From positions 1 to 64,000 of the IMG/VR virus record IMGVR_UViG_3300025133_000049: DNA of 64,000 nucleotides; one strand, given 5' to 3'. Shown here piece after piece: positions 35,471 through 45,329 of the stretch (within the stretch, counting starts at the first letter, position 1; every line of letters starts with the position of its first letter). Below the pieces are notes generated by a model. It was not told the origin of the DNA, did no database searches, and saw only the letters and a list, made by a program, of their open reading frames with translations. The position numbers and the translations under genes are program-made. This DNA is from a virus.

Positions 35471-35544
35471 TCTAATGCGTAAATGATACTATACTGTATA
35501 TCTTTTACCGATTGAAATGGTACACCTTTAAACCCGCATAGAAT

Positions 35545-35739
35545 ATGGAAAGTTACACAATAAGCTACAAATACAAAGGAAAGTGGCACAGAGCTATTCA
35601 CTTCGAAGGAGACTTCACTTTAGATAAGGCTAGAGATGACGCAGATGCTATAGCAGAAGAACAACCCGGCAGACCAATACAGTTAAAGCTTAGGTATTAT
35701 CCAGAGCCAAAATTATCACCTAGAAGTAAACTAGTATGA
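35545..35739 (+). CDS. hypothetical protein (64 aa)
   Basis: ATGA-coupled to the next gene. Confidence 0.65.
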   Translation: MESYTISYKYKGKWHRAIHFEGDFTLDKARDDADAIAEEQPGRPIQLKLRYYPEPKLSPRSKLV

Positions 35740-36569
35740 AAGTAGCAGCAGGACAAATAAGAGCTAATCAACCAGGTGAATTCCGCACAGGATTTTTCTA
35801 CGAGGATATTGTAGATGGTGCTACGTGGGGTGAAGCAGCAGAGGTTACTACACCTACAGGTACAATAGAAAAAGTATTAATACTAGATCAGGTACCAATT
35901 AAGATCCCGTATATGCAGGTGTACTATGCGCGTAAAATCAAAGGGATTAAAGACCCATTCATAGCAGAGGTTCTTAGGGACTTTATGTTTTTCAATGAAG
36001 GGATAGACCAGGCTGGTATTAGTAAGTTGGTATCTTTTATAGTGAGATACTTGTGCTTACCAGCAGCAGGAATTACATATGAAACTTTATACCCGGTAGC
36101 TTATGAAATGATACCACACTTACCAGACCCAGAACTACTGTATGATCAGGTTATCTTATTTCAACGTGGTAGTTTGTTGCCGGCCAAAGAAAGAAAAAGC
36201 ATGAGCCTGCAAGTACGAGGTATGAGGAACAGTTACCTCTTTGGGGAAATCATTCATAATGCAACCTTAGCTGCAATTGACAAAAGTCACCCTAAATTGA
36301 AGATCACCAAATTTAAGGTTCTGGAAGAAACAGCCTCTAGTGGTAGAGAAATCAAATCTGTCAAAACATTAAACGTCCATATTAAGGAGGAAACAGAGCA
36401 TGTTTTAGACGTGGCTAATTCACACAGGCATTTTACTACAGGAAAGTCTTTGAATAAATATAAAAAATTCTTAGCTTTACCACCTATGTCGGTGCGAGAT
36501 ATGAGCGCTACATTAGGGGTTAGTAAATCAACTGTAATGAAATACCGCGAAGTACATGACCAAGAATGA
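35736..36569 (+). CDS. DNA-binding protein with C-terminal helix-turn-helix
   Basis: MSVRDMSATLGVSKSTVMKY HTH signature. Confidence 0.7.
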   Translation: MKVAAGQIRANQPGEFRTGFFYEDIVDGATWGEAAEVTTPTGTIEKVLILDQVPIKIPYMQVYYARKIKGIKDPFIAEVLRDFMFFNEGIDQAGISKLVSFIVRYLCLPAAGITYETLYPVAYEMIPHLPDPELLYDQVILFQRGSLLPAKERKSMSLQVRGMRNSYLFGEIIHNATLAAIDKSHPKLKITKFKVLEETASSGREIKSVKTLNVHIKEETEHVLDVANSHRHFTTGKSLNKYKKFLALPPMSVRDMSATLGVSKSTVMKYREVHDQE

Positions 36570-36679
36570 TATAATAGTAACAACATTATGCCACTACCCA
36601 ATGTTCGATGGAGTAGTCGAAGTGGATCAAAACTACAATGGAACAGTAATTAAAATAAAAGTACATAAATACGAAGATT

Positions 36680-36988
36680 ATGAGTAAAAAAGGAGAAAAG
36701 AAGTTAGTTGATGATAAGCTAACTGAGAAGGACGTTAAAGATGCAACCGCTGAGGTGGGTGCTATTGAGGACAAAGAGGAAGAAGAAAAGCCTGAAAAGG
36801 TATATGTACCCAAAGTTCTTTTTACAAAGAAATGGGGTAAGCACTTTCCAGGCGACACAAAACAGGTTCACATAGAACTTATAAAGGAAGCCAAGCAGTC
36901 AGTTGATCAATACCATTCGGGCCAACTTGGAGTATTCACCAGTAAAGACCAGAAAGGAGGGTTTGTATCTAAGGTTCTAGCGTTGTAG
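36680..36988 (+). CDS. hypothetical charged protein (102 aa)
   Basis: A-rich leader; terminator downstream. Confidence 0.7.
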   Translation: MSKKGEKKLVDDKLTEKDVKDATAEVGAIEDKEEEEKPEKVYVPKVLFTKKWGKHFPGDTKQVHIELIKEAKQSVDQYHSGQLGVFTSKDQKGGFVSKVLAL

Positions 36989-37034
36989 TTTCGGTCCCAG
37001 ATGGGGCACGAAAAACAACATATCTTGAAATTGC

Positions 37035-37056
37035 GAGCGCCCTAGCGGGCGCTTTT
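37035..37056 (+). terminator. intrinsic terminator
   Basis: GAGCGCCC-TAGC-GGGCGCTT-TT. Confidence 0.7.
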
Positions 37057-37099
37057 GTATTTAATAACAAAAATTGTTTCGTATTATAATAATTTTTAT

Positions 37100-37107
37100 T
37101 ACCTTTG
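37100..37107 (+). promoter_or_regulatory. -7 promoter element TACCTTTG (packaging operon)
   Basis: Consensus match right after a terminator; followed by the AACAACAAAAG leader also seen at 44131. Confidence 0.65.
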
Positions 37108-37129
37108 TCAGAACAACAAAAGATAAAAT

Positions 37130-37729
37130 ATGGACATCCTACAAAACAAGACAGTCGTGATCCCTATACAAGCTGGATCAGGAGAACTGCTCAAGACTTA
37201 CTTGAGGATATTTCTCGCGAAGATACGACTAACAGAAAATCAATTAGATGTCGCAAGTGCTTTAATCCCTAGATACGCTCAGTATGTAAATGATGGGGTA
37301 AGAGAACCTTACGCATCAACCTTATTATTCTCTACCAAAAACAGAAAAGATATAGCTAAGGAGCTTAAAATATCACAGGCCCATATGAACAATACGTTCT
37401 CAGCCCTGTTGGATAAAGGTATCCTAGCTAAAAATACAGATATTGGATACATGTTAGATCCGGGATTAGTCCCATGTAATGAACTTATATTTAGGTTCTC
37501 AACAGAAGAGTATGAAAAACAAAGACAAGATACTCCGAGAAGTGTCGAAGAAGTTGAACCTACCCCTGAACCAAGTAGAGCAAGTAGTATTGAGCCAACT
37601 GAACCTGGCGCGTACAACAATGATGAACAAAACACAGAAGACAGTGTATCTGAGGAAAGTGGGTTATTGGATACCGACATCGATCAAGAAGAATCTTTAC
37701 GCCCAAAGATCACAGACCATTATGAATAA
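37130..37729 (+). CDS. winged-helix DNA-binding protein (RepL-like) with acidic overprinted tail
   Basis: RKDIAKELKISQAHMNNTFSALLDKGIL...YMLDP wHTH pattern. Confidence 0.65.
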   Translation: MDILQNKTVVIPIQAGSGELLKTYLRIFLAKIRLTENQLDVASALIPRYAQYVNDGVREPYASTLLFSTKNRKDIAKELKISQAHMNNTFSALLDKGILAKNTDIGYMLDPGLVPCNELIFRFSTEEYEKQRQDTPRSVEEVEPTPEPSRASSIEPTEPGAYNNDEQNTEDSVSEESGLLDTDIDQEESLRPKITDHYE

Positions 37730-37775
37730 CAAACAACAATCAATTATAAACGAGGATGATCCTCTAGAATTTTAA
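37512..37775 (+). CDS. IHF/HU-like DNA-binding protein (87 aa)
   Basis: KILREVSKKLNLPLNQVEQVV...TVYLRKVGYW HU-fold pattern; ATG 37512. Confidence 0.65.
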   Translation: MKNKDKILREVSKKLNLPLNQVEQVVLSQLNLARTTMMNKTQKTVYLRKVGYWIPTSIKKNLYAQRSQTIMNNKQQSIINEDDPLEF

Positions 37776-37778
37776 ATT

Positions 37779-38531
37779 ATGAGTAAAGAAGCTAAATTAG
37801 TATTTGACATTACAAGTTTACCTACAGGATTATCACCAGCAGACTTTGTAAGAATGTATGACCAACATGGGCTGGTGTTTTGGGATAGTGAGAAAAACGG
37901 CATTAAACCCAAACTGTTCACAGGACCTGACCCATCAAAAGGAGAAGAAACAATTATTGTAGATACCAAAGGGAAAGAACTTGATCTAGAAACTTTCAAT
38001 AAAGAGTTCGTTGACCACGAGAAGTGGGATAAGGAATTACACTACTGTTTAAATTCAGCGGTTTATTATTGGAATAATTATGGATCCCCTGCTTACCCGG
38101 TCACTAGAGATAGTGAAGCAGCCTTCCTAAAGTCTCTCAATCTTTCAGACCTGTCCGATGTGAAGGACTCTGATGATGCGGCGAAACTTTGGGAAGCTCA
38201 GAAGGGTAAGGTAAAAGAAGCTCTAAAGCATGTAAACAAAGAACATCTTCAAGAAAGAGCTGTGGTTATGGAAGCTATGAAAGGAGCTTATTATGAAGAG
38301 GTGACTAAGATTGAAAAGGTTCTAGCTGATAAGGTAAAACTTCATGATAAGAATGGAGATAAGCTTATTGAAATTGAAGCTATCCAAAATATTGTAGGGA
38401 AAATTAAAACAGTTTCCCCTATCCCAGAGGAATACAGTAAGTATAGAAATAGAAAAATGAAGTGGGATCACCATATGTTAATAGCTACTGATTATGCAGT
38501 TCTATTAAATATAGCTTATAAATTACTTTAA
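37779..38531 (+). CDS. hypothetical protein (250 aa)
   Basis: Co-directional ORF in the packaging operon. Confidence 0.8.
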   Translation: MSKEAKLVFDITSLPTGLSPADFVRMYDQHGLVFWDSEKNGIKPKLFTGPDPSKGEETIIVDTKGKELDLETFNKEFVDHEKWDKELHYCLNSAVYYWNNYGSPAYPVTRDSEAAFLKSLNLSDLSDVKDSDDAAKLWEAQKGKVKEALKHVNKEHLQERAVVMEAMKGAYYEEVTKIEKVLADKVKLHDKNGDKLIEIEAIQNIVGKIKTVSPIPEEYSKYRNRKMKWDHHMLIATDYAVLLNIAYKLL

Positions 38532-38551
38532 TATGGTGGTAGTAAAAATTC

Positions 38552-38587
38552 AAACAGGTATGGATATCTTAGGTATCCAGCCTGTTT
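38552..38587 (+). terminator. intergenic hairpin / possible terminator
   Basis: AAACAGG..TGGATATC/GGTATCCA..CCTGTTT. Confidence 0.5.
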
Positions 38588-38605
38588 ATGTAACACATTA
38601 TTTGT

Positions 38606-39244
38606 ATGAGCATTCAACGACATCCGGTAGATAGCTATGATAAAAAGCTAAATTTTTGGGAGGAATTTCCTGACTATAAAGTTCACCGACAATTCGGCGA
38701 CTTCTGGAGGAACAATAAAAAGGCAGGCCAATTACAAAATAGTTCACTATTTATGTGGGCTTTGTCTTTGTGCTATGATAGGAAGAGTGTATTTTTTGCT
38801 CAACCGGAATTAGATAAATGGGAAGTTGTAGGAGAAGACCTCTTTCAGGATTCAAAATTTCTTCGTAAATTAGCCGAGGATCCAGAAAGTGCTGAACTGG
38901 TATTTGTACCAGGCGGGCACATAAGGGATCTAGTGTTAGCTTTCGAGGAAACAATTGATACTCCTCTTGGGATTTCGTTACGTAATATGGAGAGGAAGTT
39001 TGCAGAAAGAACTAAGTTCATGATGGAAACAGATTATTCCATGGACTATTATGAAACTTCTGAGCAAGGTCGTAAGTTCTTGGTTAAAGGGACAGCGGAT
39101 CAATTGGACAAGATGTTTGTTAACACAGATAAAATAGATAATTTATTAACTAAAGCTCTAGACGCATTACGCGCGGCTGAAGGATCTGGTACTGCTAAAG
39201 GTGGCGCTCAAGAAAGTTTAGCAGACGGAGACGCTGATTTCTAA
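38606..39244 (+). CDS. conserved protein upstream of TerL (candidate terminase small subunit)
   Basis: TAATG-coupled to terL; helical; ends AKGG.QES. Function inferred from position. Confidence 0.5.
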   Translation: MSIQRHPVDSYDKKLNFWEEFPDYKVHRQFGDFWRNNKKAGQLQNSSLFMWALSLCYDRKSVFFAQPELDKWEVVGEDLFQDSKFLRKLAEDPESAELVFVPGGHIRDLVLAFEETIDTPLGISLRNMERKFAERTKFMMETDYSMDYYETSEQGRKFLVKGTADQLDKMFVNTDKIDNLLTKALDALRAAEGSGTAKGGAQESLADGDADF

Positions 39245-41550
39245 TGGCTACACCTATCCACGATGACATGTGGATCTTGTATAAAAACAAGATACCAACA
39301 CACCTAGTAAAACTAGCTACGAAGATACCTGTGATGAACCCGCTAGGTATCAAGTATAAGCGTTGGTGGAAAAGAGAAAAACGGAAATGTATTGAGGGTT
39401 TGTGGGTTAATCATGACGGAGTTCACAAACACGTCTCTGGCCCTCTTTACTATTTCGTTAATTTTCATCATATACTTCTAACAGAAAAAGGATCGCGTAC
39501 CATGTCAAAGAGACAAGGGTTACCGATGCTCAGAGATTTAGAATGGATCAAATCCTTTGTATATGAGGAAGCCAGAGGGTTCTCGGGGTTTGAGAATGAT
39601 GATAAATATTCTTGTCATAGAATACTGGGTGAGGTAGATCCAAATAAAAATCCTGAAGAGTTCGAAAGTTTACTCATGGAATATGGGGCACCTAAACTGG
39701 TTAAAACATCTATCACTAGGGCAGACGGGACCTTCAAAAAATATAAACCTGCTCGGGAGTATCTGTATGAATACCAATCGGAAGACTTAGGTAAACCTAT
39801 GTATTTCAATATGATGTCAAATGTAGCTGATATGGAATCCAGGGGTGGAGGTAAATCCTATTGGGGTTCTGCTATGTTAGACCATAACTTCTTATTTGAT
39901 GGAGCCAACAACTACGAGGATTACCTCGAGTACAAAGCAGCAAAAGTTCCACTATCTTCGGAATCTTTAGTTGGTGCAATTGATACAAAATATTCTAATG
40001 ATGTTATAGCCAAAATGAAGCTAGCCTTGGAGAACTTACCAGGTAAAGTGACTATTGGTAAAACAACATATCCTTCCCCTTTCCATAGAGAATATCATGG
40101 TGATTGGAAATCCGGTGGTACTATTATAGCTGGTTACGATAAAAAGATAGGAGGTACTTGGATTAAAGTAGGTACTAAATCTAAAATACAACATAGATCT
40201 TTCAATAGTAATCATACGGCGGCCAATGGTACCAGACCTTCTTTTTCACTTATTGATGAGGTTGGTTTTATGAATAATCTTATTGCAGTTCTAGGACAAA
40301 TGAAAGAAGCTGCAGCCGACGGTACCGTAAAATCCGGGTGTATCTGGATGACAGGTACCGGTGGGGATATGATAGGTGGTGCTACAGAACAGGTAAAAGA
40401 TGTTTTTTATTCTCCGGAATCTTATGATTGCTTAGCATTTGATGATGAATTTGAGGGATATAAAAACAAAATAGGATTCTTTGTACCAACCTGGATGACA
40501 TTAAATCAGTTTAAAGATGATCTAGGAAATACTGATTGGAGAAAATCTACAGCTTATATTGAAAAGAAAAGAGCTATATTGAAGAAAAATGCTAAGAAGA
40601 AAGATGTATATGAAAATGAAATAGTACAGAGACCTACCACGCATAGTGAGGTATTCTTGTTAGCAAATAACAGTATCCTACCTACAGTGGATCTGAAAGA
40701 ACACATGGATCACTTACTTACTATGCAAGATGAACCTGAGATAAAAGGTATGCATGGTTGGATGGTGCTGGATGCAGATGGATCCCCTAAATTTAAGTTT
40801 GATTCTACTACATATAAACCTACAGATTATCCGGTTAAAGCCTCCGATGAAAATACAGGAGCTGTAGTTATTTGGGAGCATCCGGAAGAAGGTAGTCAAT
40901 ATGGGTGGTATGTAGGAGGTAATGACCCGTATGATTTTGATATAGCTCCAAACTCGGTATCATTAGGATCTACATTTATAATAAAAAGAGGTACACCCCT
41001 TAACGGTGGGGCCGATAGAATAGTAGCCGAGTATACAGGAAGACCTCAACTAGCTTCAGATTTCTATGAACAAACCAGAAGACTAGCAGCTTACTTTGGT
41101 AATGCTCCTATATTATATGAAAATGAAAAACAACAAATAAAAGAACACTTCAAAAAGATGCATTCACTTGCATTACTTGCCTATACTCCAGGAGTTCTCA
41201 AAGCAAATGAGACATCTAAGACAGCTGCGACGAGGGTTTACGGTCAACATATGAGTACACAAATAAAAGATGAGTGTGAAATTTATTTGAGAGAATGGCT
41301 TTTATCTCCAATTGGTGACGGAAAATTGCAATTACATACAATAAAATCCATACCTTTGCTAAAAGAACTGATTTCTTACAACGTTGAGGGTAACTTTGAT
41401 AGAGTTATCGCTCTGATGTTGGGTATCATTCAATTAATACAGATGAGGTCAGTAGTAGCAGAAAAGAAAGAAGAGGTTGTTAAACAGGATCCCTTTTTTA
41501 CAAGAAAACTTTTTGCAGGTAATATGCGAAATAATAATTCAATATTTTAA
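39244..41550 (+). CDS. terL: terminase large subunit
   Basis: ESRGGGKS Walker A, LIDEVG Walker B, TGTGG, GGNDPY, YTGRP, YENE and GNFDRV motifs (crAss type). Confidence 0.95.
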   Translation: MATPIHDDMWILYKNKIPTHLVKLATKIPVMNPLGIKYKRWWKREKRKCIEGLWVNHDGVHKHVSGPLYYFVNFHHILLTEKGSRTMSKRQGLPMLRDLEWIKSFVYEEARGFSGFENDDKYSCHRILGEVDPNKNPEEFESLLMEYGAPKLVKTSITRADGTFKKYKPAREYLYEYQSEDLGKPMYFNMMSNVADMESRGGGKSYWGSAMLDHNFLFDGANNYEDYLEYKAAKVPLSSESLVGAIDTKYSNDVIAKMKLALENLPGKVTIGKTTYPSPFHREYHGDWKSGGTIIAGYDKKIGGTWIKVGTKSKIQHRSFNSNHTAANGTRPSFSLIDEVGFMNNLIAVLGQMKEAAADGTVKSGCIWMTGTGGDMIGGATEQVKDVFYSPESYDCLAFDDEFEGYKNKIGFFVPTWMTLNQFKDDLGNTDWRKSTAYIEKKRAILKKNAKKKDVYENEIVQRPTTHSEVFLLANNSILPTVDLKEHMDHLLTMQDEPEIKGMHGWMVLDADGSPKFKFDSTTYKPTDYPVKASDENTGAVVIWEHPEEGSQYGWYVGGNDPYDFDIAPNSVSLGSTFIIKRGTPLNGGADRIVAEYTGRPQLASDFYEQTRRLAAYFGNAPILYENEKQQIKEHFKKMHSLALLAYTPGVLKANETSKTAATRVYGQHMSTQIKDECEIYLREWLLSPIGDGKLQLHTIKSIPLLKELISYNVEGNFDRVIALMLGIIQLIQMRSVVAEKKEEVVKQDPFFTRKLFAGNMRNNNSIF

Positions 41551-41553
41551 ACG

Positions 41554-44046
41554 ATGGCTTACGACGTATCAATCAATTCAGGAAGTTTAGGCTCTGGCGA
41601 ACACAAGAGTAATTCAATGCCTCCCCAACGTATTCATTCTACGAAGAAAACTCCTAAATGGGGTATTAGGTGTTTAATGGCTATAAAAGGGATGTCTAAT
41701 TCGGTAGATACCCAAGGAAGAAGTTCTAGGGAAAACAAAGAAGAAAATTATGATTTAGTTAATTCAATATTTCAGGAGTCCGATTTTGATTATGTGCTAA
41801 ACCCTATGGGAATTGATATAGGGAAGTATGGAGGGACACCTACTAAAATGCAGAACTATAATATTATACGTTCAAGATTAGAAACCTTAAGAGGTGAAGA
41901 GATGAATTCTCCACTAAACTTCTTTGTATACGCAGCTACGGGAGATGCTGTATCAGCCAAAAAACAAAAGAGAAATGAGATGGTTAAGGAGCTTATGAAA
42001 GCTTCTATTAAAGTTACATTAAATTTAGATGAGCAAGCTACAGCTTTAGAACAACAAATGGCAGAACTTCAACAGGTTATGTCAACTTTAAAAGATCAGC
42101 AACAATACCAGGAGATGCAACAACAAATGCAACAACTCCAACAACAACGTAACTCTATGCCTGATATCCAGGCTGAGATGAAGAAATTCAATTCAAGTTA
42201 TGTTGATCCAACTGAACAAACAAACAATAAAATATTAAAGTATCTCAAACGTAATGATCAATTAGCATTGAAATTTAACCAAGGTTGGTTTCACGCTCTT
42301 GTGAGTTCTGAGGAAATTTATTATACTGGGATTTCCCAAGGGCACCCAACAGTAAGAGTAGTTAATCCTTTGCAGATAGATTATGATAAAGGCGCTAATA
42401 CAACTTTCATTCATGAAGGTAATTGGGTCAAAGAAGAATATTGGTTACCAATTGGTGAATGTATTCAGGAGTATGGAGATGTATTAACAGATGCTCAAGT
42501 AAAGAAAATTGATGAAGGTCACGCGGGAAACACGTATATGATGGGAGGTATGGAGCAAGGTTTTGCCTATTCCAATGATGGAGGACAAAGAAGAAGTTCT
42601 AGACATAATGGAGTTTCTACTCACGCATACATTATGAAAGGATGTTGGAGATCATTTCAGAAAATAGGAACACTCACGTATCCTGACCCAAGAACAGGGA
42701 AGATGGAAACTGTAGAGGTTGATGATACTTTCAAAATGACAGATGAACTTAAAGCTTCCGGGGCACAGATATCTTGGAGTTGGGTTACTGAAATTTGGGA
42801 GGGTACTCAAATAGGTTCTGACATCTTTGTAAATATTAGAAGAAAATCTAACCAAACAGGGAATCTTCCTTATGTTGGTTATGTATATAATAATGTTAAC
42901 TCGATCTCTACCTCAATGGTAGATTTAGTTAAAGCGCACCAGTACACGTATATCATTACTTGGTGGAGATTAGAACAAGAACTTGCCAAAGCTAAAGGTA
43001 AGAAGTTCGTAATGGATATGGCTCAGTTACCTAAATCTCAAGGATGGGATGTAGATACTTGGATGTATTATTTCGAAAATGTAGGGGTTGCTTGGATCAA
43101 CTCAAAGGAAGAAGGTCGCCAAGGAGATCCTAGTTCTGTATCTCAATTCAACCAATTTACAAATATTGATATGTCACTTAGTCAAGTGGTAGGTCAATAT
43201 ATGGAAGTTCTCAACAAGATCGAAGCATTAGTTGAGGATATCATGGGGGTATCCCCACAGAGGATGGGGGATATCAAAGCTAGTGAAACAGCTACAGGAG
43301 CCCAAACATCAATCGCAAGATCTACTAACGTAACTAAACCATGGTACTATTTCCATGATTTAGTTAAGGAAGCAGTTCTTGGAGAGCTTCTAGAACTAGC
43401 CAAGTTGGCCTATATTGATGGTAGAGAACTTGAATTAGTTCTGGATGAAATGGAAGTGGAAACATTGAAGATCAATGGAGATAAGCTTAATGCTTCTCAA
43501 ATGGCTTGCTTTGTAACTAACTCCTTTGAGGATCGAGTTAAAAAAGAAAAAGTTGATGCATTACTTACCATGGCTGTACAGCAAGGTAAAGCAAGTCTTG
43601 TAGATGTTGCAAATGTAATTAACAATGATTCTATGAGTTATACTATTTCTGCCCTTGATGCTGCTGAGAAATCTAATGCTGAAAGAGAGCAAGCTGCCTC
43701 TAAAGCTCAACAAGAAGACAATGCTGCTCAGAGAGAGGAGCTCAGAAAAGAAAAAGAACTTGATAGATCACTTACTAAAGAGATGAATGATGATAATATA
43801 GAGAAAGATATTCTTCTTAAGAAAATGGATATTGGAGCTGCCCCTGGACCACAGGGGGATTCTCCTATCGATTCAATGAGAGCTGTATCTGAAGTATCTG
43901 ATAAAGAAGAAAGGTTAGCTTTAGATAAGGAAAAAGAAGAAAATAGAGCTGCTGAAAAGAACAGAGAGCTAGATATTAAGGAGAAAGAAACAAAAATTAA
44001 ACAACAAGTTGCAAATAAACCTACACCTAAACCTGCGGGTAAATAG
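41554..44046 (+). CDS. portal protein
   Basis: Follows terL; ENYDL, NYNII...L.GEE, WEGTQIG and GVSPQRMG motifs. Confidence 0.9.
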   Translation: MAYDVSINSGSLGSGEHKSNSMPPQRIHSTKKTPKWGIRCLMAIKGMSNSVDTQGRSSRENKEENYDLVNSIFQESDFDYVLNPMGIDIGKYGGTPTKMQNYNIIRSRLETLRGEEMNSPLNFFVYAATGDAVSAKKQKRNEMVKELMKASIKVTLNLDEQATALEQQMAELQQVMSTLKDQQQYQEMQQQMQQLQQQRNSMPDIQAEMKKFNSSYVDPTEQTNNKILKYLKRNDQLALKFNQGWFHALVSSEEIYYTGISQGHPTVRVVNPLQIDYDKGANTTFIHEGNWVKEEYWLPIGECIQEYGDVLTDAQVKKIDEGHAGNTYMMGGMEQGFAYSNDGGQRRSSRHNGVSTHAYIMKGCWRSFQKIGTLTYPDPRTGKMETVEVDDTFKMTDELKASGAQISWSWVTEIWEGTQIGSDIFVNIRRKSNQTGNLPYVGYVYNNVNSISTSMVDLVKAHQYTYIITWWRLEQELAKAKGKKFVMDMAQLPKSQGWDVDTWMYYFENVGVAWINSKEEGRQGDPSSVSQFNQFTNIDMSLSQVVGQYMEVLNKIEALVEDIMGVSPQRMGDIKASETATGAQTSIARSTNVTKPWYYFHDLVKEAVLGELLELAKLAYIDGRELELVLDEMEVETLKINGDKLNASQMACFVTNSFEDRVKKEKVDALLTMAVQQGKASLVDVANVINNDSMSYTISALDAAEKSNAEREQAASKAQQEDNAAQREELRKEKELDRSLTKEMNDDNIEKDILLKKMDIGAAPGPQGDSPIDSMRAVSEVSDKEERLALDKEKEENRAAEKNRELDIKEKETKIKQQVANKPTPKPAGK

Positions 44047-44093
44047 TTATGAATCAAGACATTATATTTATTTAAATATTTTTCATAATAATT

Positions 44094-44126
44094 TTTGTTA
44101 TGAGTCATAATTTTGTAGTATATTTG
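44094..44126 (+). promoter_or_regulatory. Bacteroidota sigma70-type promoter of the capsid operon
   Basis: TTTG (44094-97)-N21-TATATTTG (44119-26). Confidence 0.7.
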
Positions 44127-44150
44127 TAGCAACAACAAAAGTATATAGAC

Positions 44151-45302
44151 ATGAGTGAATTTGCCAGTAAAATGTGGGGAGACATTAGTTTTGGAAAGAA
44201 ATCCGATCCTATAAATCCTCCAGAAGAAAAGAAAGAAGAACCTAAACAGGACGAAGATGATCCAAAGCCTATTGATAAAGTTGATGATAAGGCTCCGGAT
44301 TCAGAAGAAGACGATCCTAAAGGTAATTCTAAAGAAGAGGATGATCCAGTTGAAGATCCAAAAGTTGACACCACTGAGAAGAAGGGTGATGACGAGGAAG
44401 ATTCTAAAGGAGATGAAGAAGACGAATACAAGTTTACACAAGACGATGTGGATAAGGCGTTTACCATGTTGGATGACGAAGGGGTGTTAGATATCCCTGA
44501 AGACGCAGAGTTTGATGAAGGAGCCAAAGGGTTAGCAGATGCTATAGCCACAACGGTTCAAAACAAACTAAGGAAGGAAATAGAAAAAATTCCTCCTGTT
44601 GTACAAGAGCTTTATGCTCATGTAATGAGTGGGGAGGATGCAAGTTCTTTTAAAATAACGACCAATGCAACCAGTTGGAAAGATGCTACTCTTGAAACAG
44701 AAGCACAACAACAAGGAGCACTCATGGCCCATTTGAGACTGCAAGGATACAGTGCTGAAGAAGCTCAAGATGAAGTAGATGAAGTTACTTCAGCTGGTAG
44801 GTTAGAAGCCAAAGCTAGAAGAAGTATTGGAGTTCTTGTAAAAACAGAGAAAGCTCAAGAAGAAGCTGCAGCCAGAGATAAAGCTAAGGCTGATAAAGAG
44901 GCTAATGATAGAGCTAAAGCGGAAAGAGCAGAAATGGAAAAACTAATCGATGATTCTAGTGAAATCGCCGGTTTTGTTTTAGATGATAAAAGAAAGAAAG
45001 CTTTCAAGAACTATATCTATAAAGTAGATCCTAGAACCGGGAAGACTCAAATGCAGAAAAATCTATCTAATGCAGATAGAATCAATAGGATTGCCTTTAT
45101 GGATTTCCTTGATTTCAACAAGGAGGATTTCACAAAAGCAGTTACTAGTGAAGTTTCTAAAAAGAATAAAAAGAAAATGTCCAGATATACTAGCAAAAGT
45201 GTTAAAGGAGCTAATGCTTCTCAAAGTGTAAAAACTAAATCAGATGCTAGAAAAGGACCAATTAAGTTCCACTCTATTTTTGGAGCAGGAGACGATGAAT
45301 AA
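44151..45302 (+). CDS. scaffolding-like protein
   Basis: Highly acidic N-terminus and coiled coil; lies between portal and MCP. Confidence 0.7.
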   Translation: MSEFASKMWGDISFGKKSDPINPPEEKKEEPKQDEDDPKPIDKVDDKAPDSEEDDPKGNSKEEDDPVEDPKVDTTEKKGDDEEDSKGDEEDEYKFTQDDVDKAFTMLDDEGVLDIPEDAEFDEGAKGLADAIATTVQNKLRKEIEKIPPVVQELYAHVMSGEDASSFKITTNATSWKDATLETEAQQQGALMAHLRLQGYSAEEAQDEVDEVTSAGRLEAKARRSIGVLVKTEKAQEEAAARDKAKADKEANDRAKAERAEMEKLIDDSSEIAGFVLDDKRKKAFKNYIYKVDPRTGKTQMQKNLSNADRINRIAFMDFLDFNKEDFTKAVTSEVSKKNKKKMSRYTSKSVKGANASQSVKTKSDARKGPIKFHSIFGAGDDE

Positions 45303-45329
45303 GATAATCATTAAATTAAATTAAATATT

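Noticed and set aside
25700-35500. tRNA, tmRNA or CRISPR array in the non-coding islands
   Set aside because: No cloverleaf with T-loop (GTTCRA) and CCA, no tmRNA termini, and no regularly spaced identical repeats found by eye
22551-41550. Introns or inteins in polA or terL (common in crAss-like phages)
   Set aside because: Both ORFs are continuous, of normal length, with catalytic motifs normally spaced
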